From: Lama glama
Lineage: Eukaryota
DNA length: 64,000 nucleotides
Assembly: GCA_028534125.1 (NCBI GenBank)
Contig: JAPYYK010000086.1
Location: forward strand, 3,100,001 to 3,164,000
Direction: 5' to 3'
Below, piece by piece: positions 53,651-64,000 of the stretch; position 1 is the first letter of the stretch, and every line of letters begins with the position of its first letter. The notes under the pieces are model-generated. The model was not told the DNA's origin. It saw only the letters and a list, made by a program, of their open reading frames with translations, and ran no database searches. The position numbers and the translations under genes were made by a program.

Positions 53651-53804
53651 CTTTGTTCTCCTCTCCTTTCGCCATCTTGCTAATGGGGAAGATCGTTGTC
53701 ACGTGCACACAGTCCAGGATGGCCAGGAGGATCTTGGTTAATCGCAGAAGGTCGGAGAAGTTGTAGAAGCCAAAGTATATGAGATTCCTAGCTAAATTTA
53801 CAAC
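53651..53804 (-). CDS. ITPR1: ITPR1 exon VVNLARNL...KGEENK(G); SIII-minus donor
   Basis: 154 nt; caatag| acceptor, AAG|gtgagg donor; phase 0/1. Confidence 0.95.
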
Positions 53805-54521
53805 CTATTGTATCAGAAAGAGAGAGAGAGGAAAATGGCTTTAAGTCATCTGTACCCTTCAGTTCCATTTTATGTCGACTTGTTCATCAACGGCTGACTC
53901 TGACCCTCCTTACGGCAAGAGAAGGCATACATTCTACTTGCAGTTTCTGATCAATTTTCATTTTGTTTCATCATGAGAAAAAATATGAAGTGAAAACCTG
54001 CAAAGCTACTGGTTAATGAAAAACGGACCGAATCATTGGGTCTGTACAGCTTCCCAAAGATAACACAAGGCGACCCAAGTTATCCCAGCAAGGACGCAGA
54101 TAACACTGCGATCCTTGGAAATGTAAGTCCTTACAAGGAAAAATGGTTTCCAAGAGAAATATTCAACTCAAAGGTAACAAGGACTTATGCCCCTCAAATG
54201 ATTAATCTCTAACAGGTCCCACGCACCGTCTTTTTCTTTCTTGTCACTCAACATAAGGTATCAAGTATACACAATGTTCTACCATTTTGCACGATTCAAT
54301 GCACCACATGAATTTCTTCTAAGAGCATAACTACCAGAAGCCAAGTGACTGGTATTAGTTCCGTTTTATTCTGCAGCAAAACTGAGCTGAATTCCTCGTC
54401 GTTACAAAGCCACAGTACCGTGATAAAAAAAAAAAGATCACCCCACGTTTTCTATTTACCCCGTAGAAAAATAATCGATAAAACGCAGATAAAACACGCA
54501 GATCACTTCGCCAGGAGTTAC

Positions 54522-54663
54522 CTCAAATGTAAGTTTATTTTTCTCCTTGTCCGTGAAGGGAAACCTCTGACAAACCACATCTCTTAGATACTCCTCCACG
54601 AACTCCATGGTCTGCGCAAACCTCTCCTTAATTTCGTCTTTGGACGTCCCACTACTGTCATAG
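54522..54663 (-). CDS. ITPR1: ITPR1 exon YDSSGTSK...KNKLTFE
   Basis: 142 nt; gtttag| acceptor, GAG|gtaact donor; phase 2/0. Confidence 0.95.
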
Positions 54664-55175
54664 CTAAACGGAAAGGAGAAAAGAAAAAAAAGAAATCACA
54701 TTTCAAGTTCTTCCCAGGGAGGTCTCCCCTGTCTGCTCAGCCTCAAAAGCCAACCCCGCCGTCCCCAACACTTCCCACCCTCCTGCCCCTCCTTCCATTT
54801 CCCCTCCGAGCACCTGTCACCTCGGCACGCGCTTTAGTCATTTATTGCTTCTTGCCTGTCTTTCCCCACGAATGCAGAGACAGTTTTCTTGTTTGTCCAC
54901 AGATGCCGTGAGCCCGGCATGTGGCAGGCACTCAGATGTTTGTTGAGAAAACAAGATATAAAAGTACCATCGTGCCATCTTTTATTCTTGAGAAAAGAAA
55001 TACCTGCCACCCCTTACTTCGACGTTGACTTTCAGGAGAAAACGACTCCCTCCTTCTCTGACTGAGCTACACTTCACCTGAACCTAAGCAGCGTGCCTAG
55101 TGCTACAGAGAACCATGTAAATTAGAAGTTTCAAGGCAACGTGAGGTCTTAACAGGGACAAGGGGCCAGGCTCAC

Positions 55176-55427
55176 TCGTCAATGGCGATCTCGGACGGGA
55201 TCTCGGACCAGAGGCGGGCGTATTTCACGGGAGTGACTTGCTCCTGGGGGTCTCGGTCCACGTGCATGTGAAGCATGAGACGGCAGAAGGACGCCCTCAG
55301 GTCGTAGGGCAGGTTCTCGTCAGACATGCAGCGGAGAATGAGGTCCACGTCCAGCTGGCCTGATATTTCATTGATGGCGAGGTACTGGCGGTCCAGGCAC
55401 ATCCTCGCGAAGAGGTTCAGCTGGTAC
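55176..55427 (-). CDS. ITPR1: ITPR1 exon YQLNLFAR...SEIAID(D)
   Basis: 252 nt; ttctccag| acceptor, GA|gtgagc donor; phase 2/2. Confidence 0.96.
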
Positions 55428-55795
55428 CTGGAGAAAAGGCAAGTCACAAGGAGCTCATCCCATGGGAACGCACGGCAGGAGGGTCTCAGGGCCCCACCTC
55501 TCACAGAAGTGACATCTAGCCGTCTGAACTTTTACATCAACACCCGTGACTTGCTTTTGTACGCCCAACTCTGGCTTCTGTACCAAGTGGAAAAGGGAAC
55601 AGTTCAAGCCATGCCAACAGTCACACGTGTCTACCCTGCTGTGAGGAATTAATTATGTACCTAGGTGATTCTATTTTGGCCCTTGTTTATTTTTTAAAAT
55701 GGGGGAAAAAATTAGGCTGAGAATGGACATCTATTTCTTTAGATGTACACACAGTACACTAAAGCACATTACACAGTACATTAAAGACCACATAG

Positions 55796-56044
55796 AGGCG
55801 AACAGGGGTGGAAGGTATAAATTGGGAGTTCGAGAATTGCAAATATTAACTATTATCTATGAAATAGATAAACAACAAGTTTCTTCTGTATAGCACAGAG
55901 CTCTATGTTCAATATCTTGTAATAACCTATAATGAAAAAGACTATGAAAATGGATATATATGTCTATGTATGACTGAAACATTATGCTGTACACCAGAAA
56001 TTGACACATTGTCACTGATTATACCTCAGTAATAAAAAAAAAAA
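55796..56044 (+). mobile_element. 5'-truncated L1 3' end with poly(A) and TSD
   Basis: ctgtatagcacag...gctgtacaccagaaattgacacattg...aataaaaa; aaagaccacatag/aaagatcacatag flanks. Confidence 0.75.
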
Positions 56045-56510
56045 GATCACATAGGAAATCATAAAGGTTTCACCTTTACTGAGTCTATTCAGAAATCTTA
56101 TGATACTTTTAGGGTCTTATCTCAAACAGCTCTATTCTTTGACTTTTACCACATGTGAAAAATGGTGTAAAAAGTAGGAGACTCCTCAAAATGTCTTAGT
56201 TTCGTCATCACGCGATTACACGTGATCCTTGTTAACTTCCAAATGTGACCAGTGAAGCATTCTTTCTCATCCATTCTCAGGAGAACGATATATCAAACAT
56301 TAAAAGGGTAACCAAACTTACAATGTGAAGTAAGAAAGCCGTAAGCATCCACAGGGGCAAATTCTACCCTCCGACTTTAAAGCCCTATTTCCTACTGATA
56401 ATCATGACTTGGAGCTGTTCTCAACCCCACGAGGTATCAGTGAAATGCAAATTAAAATAGGGCCTATTTCATTCTCCTAAGATTAACAGAAATTAAAAAC
56501 AATTTAATTT

Positions 56511-56569
56511 AGAGATAGCAACACAGCATTCAGAGATAGCACCACAACATTCAGAGATAGCACAAACAA
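56511..56569. repeat. 21-bp tandem repeat, about 2.8 copies (AGAGATAGCAMCACARCATTC)
   Basis: Units start at 56511, 56532 and 56553. Confidence 0.8.
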
Positions 56570-56576
56570 AAGTTCT

Positions 56577-56840
56577 AATACAGACTTGTGGTTACCGCGG
56601 GGGGGGGGGGGTAGAGGGTGGGAAGGGATAGACTGGGATTTCAAAATTGTAGAATAGATAAACAAGATTACACTGTATAGCACAGGGAAATATACACAAA
56701 ATGTTATGATAAATCACAGAGAAAAAAGTGACAATGAGTGTGTATATGTCCATGAATGACTGAAAAATTGTGCTGAACACTGGAATTTGACACAACACTG
56801 TAAAATGATTATGAATCAATAAAAAATGTAAAAAAAAAAA
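56577..56840 (+). mobile_element. 5'-truncated L1 3' end (different subfamily) with poly(A) and TSD AAAAGTTCT
   Basis: cagacttgtggttacc...ctgtatagcacagggaaatata...caataaaaaatgt(A)n; TSD at 56568-56576 and 56837-56845. Confidence 0.75.
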
Positions 56841-58149
56841 GTTCTCACTGACAACTTTGACAACCGGTGGGAATGTACACCAAAATGTCCAATTTAGGAC
56901 TCCTTAATCAAATTTAAAATACTCATACCCTCCCAATCTCAAAATTCCCCTCCTGCTGTGCAATGGAAACTTCTATGCATACACTCAGATTTGAACAAGG
57001 ATGTTTTCTGACATGAAAAACTAAATTATGGTATACACTGACTATCAAAGAGCGAGGAAAATGTGGCACGTTAGTAAAATGGAATAGCATTCAGAGGTCA
57101 AAATTAAAGAAACGGACCCACCACCATTAGCATGAATATATTTCAGAAACAACACTGAGTAAGTAAGGCAGGTTTCAGAATGGAACTCAGAGTATGGAGC
57201 CATTAATACAAAGTTTTAAGACTCATAAAATACTATGTATTACTTATGAATGCAAACAAATGTAGTAAAACATTAACACACAAAGAATGTGGAAGGTCAC
57301 ACACCACCTGCATGAATGCAGAGAACAGGATACGGGAGGTAATAAGGACATTGTAACTGCAAAGTTTTACTTATTTTTACTAAGAAATGCTGCGAGCACG
57401 TCTCTTATCTTTCCTTCCCTTCTCTTTTCTTTTCAAGGCATCTGTTGGTTCCCTTCCCTTGAGGAGGCAGAACCAGCAGGTCTTAGAGCTGGGACAGGGG
57501 AGACACTGGGATGGAGGAGGTGGCTGGCAGAGGGAGAGACTGAGCAAACATGTAAACACAGGGGGGGACAATGCCAGCCGGTTCTCACGGTCAGAGAGGG
57601 GAGTTAGTTATGAACACAGGAAGGGTGAAGGCTACAATAACCCTATGGTGTTGGAATGGAATTGGATGTGTTGAATGTGAATTCATGGTGTTTCATTCCA
57701 TGCACATAGATTGATAGAGAAATAGGATGTGTGTGTGGATGTGGAAAGAGAGACAGACAAATAGATGTGTGTACACACATACACACCTCTGTCTGCAAAA
57801 GTCCTACGAGGTTGGTGTAACTTTCTCTAATTTGTAGATTAAAAAAAAAAAAGAAACTGGGACATAAAGAGGTGGGTAAGTTGACCAAAGTCAGAAAGGG
57901 AGCACGAAGAGAACTGACCCCACAGCCTGGCTCTAAACTCCTGCAAAACATCCCTGTGCGGCGCTGTGTAAGGGTGAACTGGAACTAAGGGGAGACGCGG
58001 GCACTCGCCCTTCCTCTGATCGAGCCCCACCCAGCTCTCAATTTACTATCTAATTATTGATGAAACTTACAGTCTACAAGCTCCTAAAATACACACCTGC
58101 CTCCCTGTTAGGCGACCTCATCAGAGGACACCTTGTGACACCAGCTCAC

Positions 58150-58344
58150 CTGTAGTAGCTGAGAACGTCTCGGTCCTCCTTCTGCCCCTCCTTCGCGTCC
58201 TGTGCCAGCTCCCGGACACTTTTACTGCGAATCTCTTTGTTGCTGTCCCTCCAGAATAGCCATACCTCTTCCTCATCCTCTCCTGCCTCCAAGGCGTTCT
58301 CCCCAGTGGAAACCCCTTCAAATTCAAAACGAGAAAGCACCAAC
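58150..58344 (-). CDS. ITPR1: ITPR1 exon LVLSRFEF...DVLSYY(R)
   Basis: 195 nt; ttgcag| acceptor, AG|gtgagc donor; phase 2/2. Confidence 0.96.
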
Positions 58345-58525
58345 CTGCAAAGCAAGAGGAAAAATTCATTACGTCTGAAGTCCTTGCTAATCTCTGATCA
58401 ACTATACTCATGTGTGGAACTCCAGCTTCACTTTCCGCATAAGGACATATACAGATGAGCATTCTGTTCCTCCCGCTGGGAGGACCGCAAAGTGCCCAGC
58501 ATTAACTTCCTCATATGCCTGAACC

Positions 58526-58738
58526 CAGTGGTTCTCCACCAGGCTGACTGTGCCTCCCCAGGGGACGTGTAGTAACATCTGGAGACATTTTTGCTTGTCC
58601 CAGCTACATGGGAGGGGTCCTGCTGGCATCTGGTGGGTACAAGCAGGGATCCTGCTGAACATCCTACAATGCACAAGAAAGTCCCCACAGCAGAGAATTC
58701 TTCGAATCCAATGTCGAAATGCCAAGGTTGAGAAACTG
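58526..58738 (+). mobile_element. MER20-like DNA transposon relic
   Basis: cagtggttctc...ccccaggggac...tctggagacatttt...gccaaggttgagaaactg. Confidence 0.75.
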
Positions 58739-59354
58739 CATTAGCCCAAGCCCAAAATTAAGTTAATGAGAGAAACAAAACAAAACAAAGCAAAACTATC
58801 ACTATTTCAGGGCATAATTTAGTGTTTTTAAATAAATATTTCTTTTTTTTTAACATTTAAATATTACTGGCACTATATTTCTCAGGAAAATTTTTCCCTT
58901 GCTAAAAATGAATTACCACTACTACCACCAAAGCTGCTGTGGACAAATGAACACTTGTTGAACAGTGGTAACTGAACAAGCTCTTAATGTTGACTTAGTA
59001 TCAAAAGTGAGTTATCGCCTTTAAAATTTAAAATGGATGATCATAATTAGAGAACTTTAAACTCTTAAAATTAAACCCAGGGTGTGTGAAATACTCCCTG
59101 CTGAGTTCACATCACTTTTAAACCAGTAAGCAAACTGACATCACCGTGCAGAGGGCGCCACACCGAAAGCAAACCAAATAATTCCGCTAATCGAGACTTT
59201 TGCAAGAGGACGATCAAACGCCAGCCGACCCGATCTCAGAAACCAATGGGTTAGGTTTTATTACTCAACAGCCCAGACATCCCCTGAACCACACATGCTC
59301 CATCTAAATCCTGTTCTCTTCTTTCTTGGTCTTAACTCTCTGACCCCTACTCAC

Positions 59355-59474
59355 TTGGTCTCAATCAGGATGTCAGCGTTGGTTGGATTCAGCACCGCTT
59401 TACATATCAGTTCCTGGGTCACCGGAATTGATTTGTTCATGGACACGCAGAGGTCGGAGAGGTAATCTAAGAAT
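59355..59474 (-). CDS. ITPR1: ITPR1 exon FLDYLSDL...ADILIET(K)
   Basis: 120 nt; gatag| acceptor, AA|gtgagt donor; phase 2/2; not in the ORF track. Confidence 0.95.
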
Positions 59475-59645
59475 CTATCGAGAAACAGAAACCAAACAAA
59501 ATGTTTTCTGGAGACACAGCAGAGGCTGGGTTCTGGGAGCCTGGCTCTCCCTCAAGAGGACAGATCCAACATACCTTTAACAAAAGTCAGTGAGGCTTTG
59601 GGTTTTAGGGCTGATGTCCATGCAGCACCAGAAACCCAGACACCA

Positions 59646-59760
59646 GAGGGAGGGAGGGAGAGAGAGAGGGAGGAAGGAGGGGAGAGAGAGAGAGAAAAGA
59701 AACAAAGAAAAGAGAGAGAGAGAAGAAAGAAAGAGGGAAGGAAGAGCAAAAGAGGAAGGA
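59646..59760. repeat. Purine-rich (GA/GAA) low-complexity tract
   Basis: About 115 nt of almost only G and A. Confidence 0.8.
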
Positions 59761-59765
59761 TGGCA

Positions 59766-60190
59766 TTACAAAGAACAATAGCCATTTGCAACAACATGGA
59801 TGGACCCAGAGAGTGTTATGCTTAGTGAAATAAGTCGGGGAAAGCGGGTACTCTGCTAACACTCATACATGGAATCTAAAAAATAAATGAACGTATGTAA
59901 CAAAACAGAAACAGACTCACAGATACAGAGAACTAGTAGTTTCCAGTGGGGAGAGGGGAAGGAGGGGCATGCTAGGGGTAGGGGATTAAGAGATACAAGC
60001 TACTGTGCATAAAATAAATGTGCACCAAAGCCCAGGGAAATAGAGCCACTGTTTTGTAGTAACTTTAAATGGAGTATCATCTATAAAAATATTGAATCAC
60101 TATGTTGTATACCTAAAACTAATATTGTAAATCAACTATACTGTAATTAAAAAAAAATAAGGACCTTCCTAAGATTTAAAAAAAAAAAAA
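59766..60190 (+). mobile_element. 5'-truncated L1 (end of ORF2 plus 3' UTR) with 18-bp TSD and double A-tail
   Basis: ccatttgcaacaacatggatggacc...cttagtgaaataagtc; AAAAGAGGAAGGATGGCA at 59748-59765 and 60187-60204. Confidence 0.85.
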
Positions 60191-60334
60191 GAGGAAGGAT
60201 GGCAGTAGCTGTGGTGGGTGAAGAGGTGACGAGGGCGAAATGAACAGAAGGAACAACCCAGAAAGGAATTCATGTCAGGAAGAAACGGTACGGACGCAGG
60301 GTACTGGGGGTGGCGAGGGACAAGGCTCGGATGC

Positions 60335-60570
60335 TGGAGGCCCGAGTCAGAATCTCGGTTCCAGTTCCTGTCCGCTGCGTTTGGACATGTACTGCCATTT
60401 GGGGGAAATGGCTTAACCTCACTGTGCTTCAGTTTTCTCAGCTACAGAGAAGGGTAACATAAAGCCTTAGAGGGCTCTTCTGAGGACTAAACGAGCTACT
60501 TCGTGTAAAACGCTTACTTAGTTCACTCCCTGGCCCATGAGAATGGTCCATAAAGTGCTATTTATTTTAA
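60335..60570 (+). mobile_element. MIR fragment
   Basis: cttaacctcactgtgcttcagttttctcagcta core. Confidence 0.5.
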
Positions 60571-60582
60571 TGGGTGGGAGCA

Positions 60583-60718
60583 TTTTTAAAAAATTTTTTG
60601 GGGGGATGTGGATAATTAGGTTTATTGACTTATTTATTTGAATGGCGGTACTGGGGACTGAACCCAGGACCTCAAGCATGCTGGGCGAGCACTCTACCCC
60701 TGAGCTATGCCCTCCCCC
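60583..60718 (-). mobile_element. tRNA-derived SINE, Vic-1-like
   Basis: Same head; flanked by a gggagca direct repeat. Confidence 0.8.
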
Positions 60719-61390
60719 GGGGAGCAGTCATTTTTATAACAACACTTGCAGCTCTCCGGTGTCACTGCTCATGACACCCACAGTGTAAACTGTTTCCCAC
60801 TTCACCTGAAATGGTGTGGATCTTAATTACTTAAGAGGGAGAAGAAAAGAGGGACGAGTGTGGGGGAGGGGGAGGAGCTGTATGCACACAATAGATGGAC
60901 AGAATTCACTAACGTCTAAGAAAAATACTCATGTAACAACTCCGTGCCAGGGGCTTACTGATGATGTTTGGAGGCAGGGGATGGGGGTGGGGGTGGTTCT
61001 AACTGATCATCGGGGATGCTGAGAAGCAAATGAGTGACCAACAATCGGTGTCATTTACTTCGTATCTACCAGGTGCCAGGCACTTCACGTGTATTTATCC
61101 TCATTTAATTTTCATAACTACCTATCAAGCAGATGTAGAAATGAAAGCTCAGCGGGAAAGCCAAGGTCACCCAGCTGGTAAACGTTGGAGCTAGGACTCT
61201 ACCCGGTCTCATTCCAATACAATGTTCTTTCCACTGCTCATCCAAGTTGCCTCTCAAGACCCACTCAACCCAAATCGGTCACTAGTGGCCCCAAACAAAG
61301 GAAATCTAGTAAAAAGCACTAGGACCAGCTCAGTGCCTGCATCACAGACGCACAGACACCTTCGGCCGGTCAGCCCCACCTCCGCCTCAC

Positions 61391-61563
61391 CTGGGCTCCC
61401 TGTTCTTTCGCACCAGACTGACAAACGTGTCGATCTCCGCGGCGGTGATGTGTTTTTCCAGGAGTTTCCGATTATTGTGGAGCAGGGCGGTGATGGTGTC
61501 TTCGGCCAACACATCATAGCCAATCTGCTTCTGCATGAAGCCAAACTGCTTGGCTATGTACTC
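61391..61563 (-). CDS. ITPR1: ITPR1 exon EYIAKQF...RKNREP(R)
   Basis: 173 nt; ttcacag| acceptor, AG|gtgagg donor; phase 0/2. Confidence 0.96.
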
Positions 61564-62898
61564 CTGTGAAGAAACCAAAGAGAAGTCAGCAGGGAGGAAA
61601 ATGACAGCACGGTTAGGTTGAAAATAAGGAACGCAGCAGCATCCCCTGACAATGACTGTCCGTGAGGGAAATCACGGGGGAGCGCTCTCCACAACTTGCT
61701 AATCCAGGGCCACAGCTGCAAACTCCCTCCTGTGCTTTATTTTACTAAACCTGCCACACAGATGTAATTAAGTAAAATATCCTGTGTTTGCAGATGGGCA
61801 TTTTATTAAGTGCACAGCATAAATTTTAATGTAGTGACTTATTTTTTCTAAAAGGTCAAAAGCTGTTTTTCAGCTCTGATTTTATTACTAATTCAAGAGG
61901 ATTTAACTGTGCCTCACCGCCCTGTGCTGCTCTGTAAACACAGCTAATCCTATCCAGATATTTAGAACAATGTTACCCTACTGTGTTTTCTTTATCTGGG
62001 GTAAAAATACATTTTTAAAGCCAATAGGTAGCAGAAGCAAGTTGGGAATGCCTAAGCTAGTCAATCATATTCTTAGAACATATGAAAACATCTCTGGCTT
62101 CTCTCTGGGGATAAGACATGACATTCCACAGAACTATTTGAAAACTCAGCGAAGCCTCTTAGGAGTACTTGTTGGTTGCTATTCAAAGATATTTCCCTGT
62201 CCAAGATAGACTATTTGCTTGCCCCAAGTTCGAATGGCCCTTGAAACTTCGTTTACTTTTTTTTTCCTCATTAATTCCAAGATTCTAAACGTAACTCAGG
62301 ATTAAGACAGTGGACAGGGGCCACTTTTCAGCCCACACTTGATAAGGACACAAATTTGGGAATTTATCAGGGTCCATTAACAACCAAGGAGAGACACGGA
62401 AAGTGGCAGCAGGAAGAGGGACTGGGTTGGTCCTCTCGTGGAGAAGCAATGGACACGCTACAGGCTCTCAGAGATCCGCAACGGAAGATGGAAGAGAGGA
62501 GCAGAATAAAACTTCTCGGGCACCAGGCGAGTATGGTATTAATGCACTGCAGATGGATTTAAAGTAACCACAGTGCCCAAAGGCAACGTGTCCTAACGAA
62601 TTCACATAGCGTCACAGGCACCCGATGCCTTGTATCTTAACAGCAGCAAACGCAGAGTGAAAGGTTTGAAATACTTGTGAACAAGGTTACACCTCATACT
62701 TCAGAGCATTACTTATGATCAACGCTATCTTGAAGACACACACAAAAAAACTTTACAGAGAAGAGTTTAAATTAAAAGGTCAGACATAGTAGCAGTCAAA
62801 GCTTAAAAACAAAACTTCTTGTAACACAAAACAGGGGTGGGAGAACAGATTATAATAAACATCGTTCTCTGCACCTACAGTAGTTTATGTGGTGGGGG

Positions 62899-63113
62899 GT
62901 GGTTCTCAAGCTGAGCACTGTGTACTGACTTCTCGGGCCAGGTAATTCTTTGTTGCAGGGGCCCTGTGCTGTGCCTGGTTGGATTTTTACCAGCATGTCT
63001 GGCCTCTACCCACTAGAGGCCAGTAGGATCCACAAGTTGGGACAATCAGAAGGGTCTCCAGGCATTGCTGCCGTCCCCTAAGGGACAAAATTACTTCCAG
63101 GTGAGAACCACTG
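62899..63113 (-). mobile_element. MER20-like DNA transposon relic, opposite orientation
   Basis: ggttctcaa...tggcctctacccactagaggccagtag...gagaaccactg. Confidence 0.7.
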
Positions 63114-63417
63114 ACACAGCAATTTCTTTGAATCTCTAATTGTATGGAAGCCTCAGAGAGGTTAAAACATTTAGTTCGTGGACAGAATGTATACTTTGTA
63201 TGTGTGTTTACAGTCATGACATAGATGATGACTTACAATATCATAAAACATGAGCCGGAACGAAACTGAAAAGAAAGTCACCAGCAGAGACTGGAGGAAA
63301 TGGAAGGACCAGGAGGGAAAGACTTCACTCCATCTTCACTAAAAGCACATGGAATCATTTTGCCCCTAAGCATTAAGAGTATGAGCCATAAAAATACTAC
63401 ATATGTGACACCAGTGT

Positions 63418-63440
63418 CACACACACACACACACACACAC
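63418..63440. repeat. (CA)n microsatellite
   Basis: Directly visible. Confidence 0.85.
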
Positions 63441-63682
63441 AAATACCATTGAAAGGTGGCTGCAGGAGGAGGATTTCCAGGTGTCCGTCTCAAGGACTCC
63501 TAACACATCTTCTCCCCCACTTGCAAAACAATCTGTGCTTCCTTTTGAAGAGCAAACTTAACAATGGACTGCTCTCTAGCCATTCAATGAACATATATAG
63601 GACACTCAAAACTCACTCAGGAAAGCACACGAACCCCGGGGAGGAAACTGGCCGTCGCTTCCCATCAGTCCCCAGCCCCTAC

Positions 63683-63841
63683 CTGGTTCTTCCTGTAGTC
63701 TTGCTGCGAGTGCCTCAGGACCCTGTAGCAGAGCCGGCAGATGTGTCTGAAGGGCGCGTGCCGCTGGTCCCCCAGCTCCTCCAGCCGCAGCATCGGGCCG
63801 TCGCCGCAGTCTGTGAATGGGGCCTGTAACAACTTGAAGAT
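63683..63841 (-). CDS. ITPR1: ITPR1 exon IFKLLQAPF...QDYRKNQ (IP3-binding core, includes the YRK ligand-contact motif)
   Basis: 159 nt; aaacag| acceptor, CAG|gtaggg donor; phase 0/0. Confidence 0.96.
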
Positions 63842-64000
63842 CTGTTTGCGAGAAGAGAGGATAAAAACCGCCATCATCTGGTGCTCTCATGGCTAACCCT
63901 CTCCTTGGAAGTAGTGCAGCTGTAGAACCTGAAGGGTGGCTGAGCTCCACAGGAAAGTCTCTCCTTCCCAAAAACCATTAACCTGAAAACTGCATTCATT

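Larger units (their letters stand above)
4113..63841 (-). other. ITPR1: ITPR1 gene body (internal part; both gene ends lie outside the window), 28 coding exons resolved
   Basis: Spliced minus-strand exons translate to a continuous protein that matches IP3 receptor type 1 as I recall it (QDYRKNQ, RRDS, RRES, SII segments). Exon phases are mutually consistent. Confidence 0.98.

Noticed and set aside
56511-56569. Direct repeats as a CRISPR-like array
   Set aside because: Head-to-tail units with no unique spacers, in a mammalian intron
58526-63113. Inverted MER20 pair as a dsRNA or editing substrate
   Set aside because: The copies are old, visibly diverged and over 4 kb apart, so stable pairing is unlikely

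Overview
Mammalian genomic DNA. Four tRNA-Ala-like Vic-1-type SINEs suggest a camelid. The whole window lies inside ITPR1 (inositol 1,4,5-trisphosphate receptor type 1), which is transcribed on the minus strand. I resolved 28 coding exons by hand, from IFKLLQAPF (63841) to LEGGNTTIQ (4113), with consistent splice phases: 3843 nt without the three SII cassette exons and 3960 nt with them. They cover the end of the IP3-binding core and most of the regulatory/coupling region. The introns hold SINE, L1, MIR, MER and MaLR fragments, microsatellites and two assembly gaps. Almost all ORF-track entries outside these exons look spurious. I found no prokaryotic-type system. The most interesting signals concern splicing: (1) a non-canonical GA donor competing with a weak GT donor 15 nt away; (2) a candidate 6-nt microexon or recursive splice site in the SII region; (3) apparent loss of the SIII alternative donor; (4) regulatory motifs and a hairpin around the SII cassette exons.
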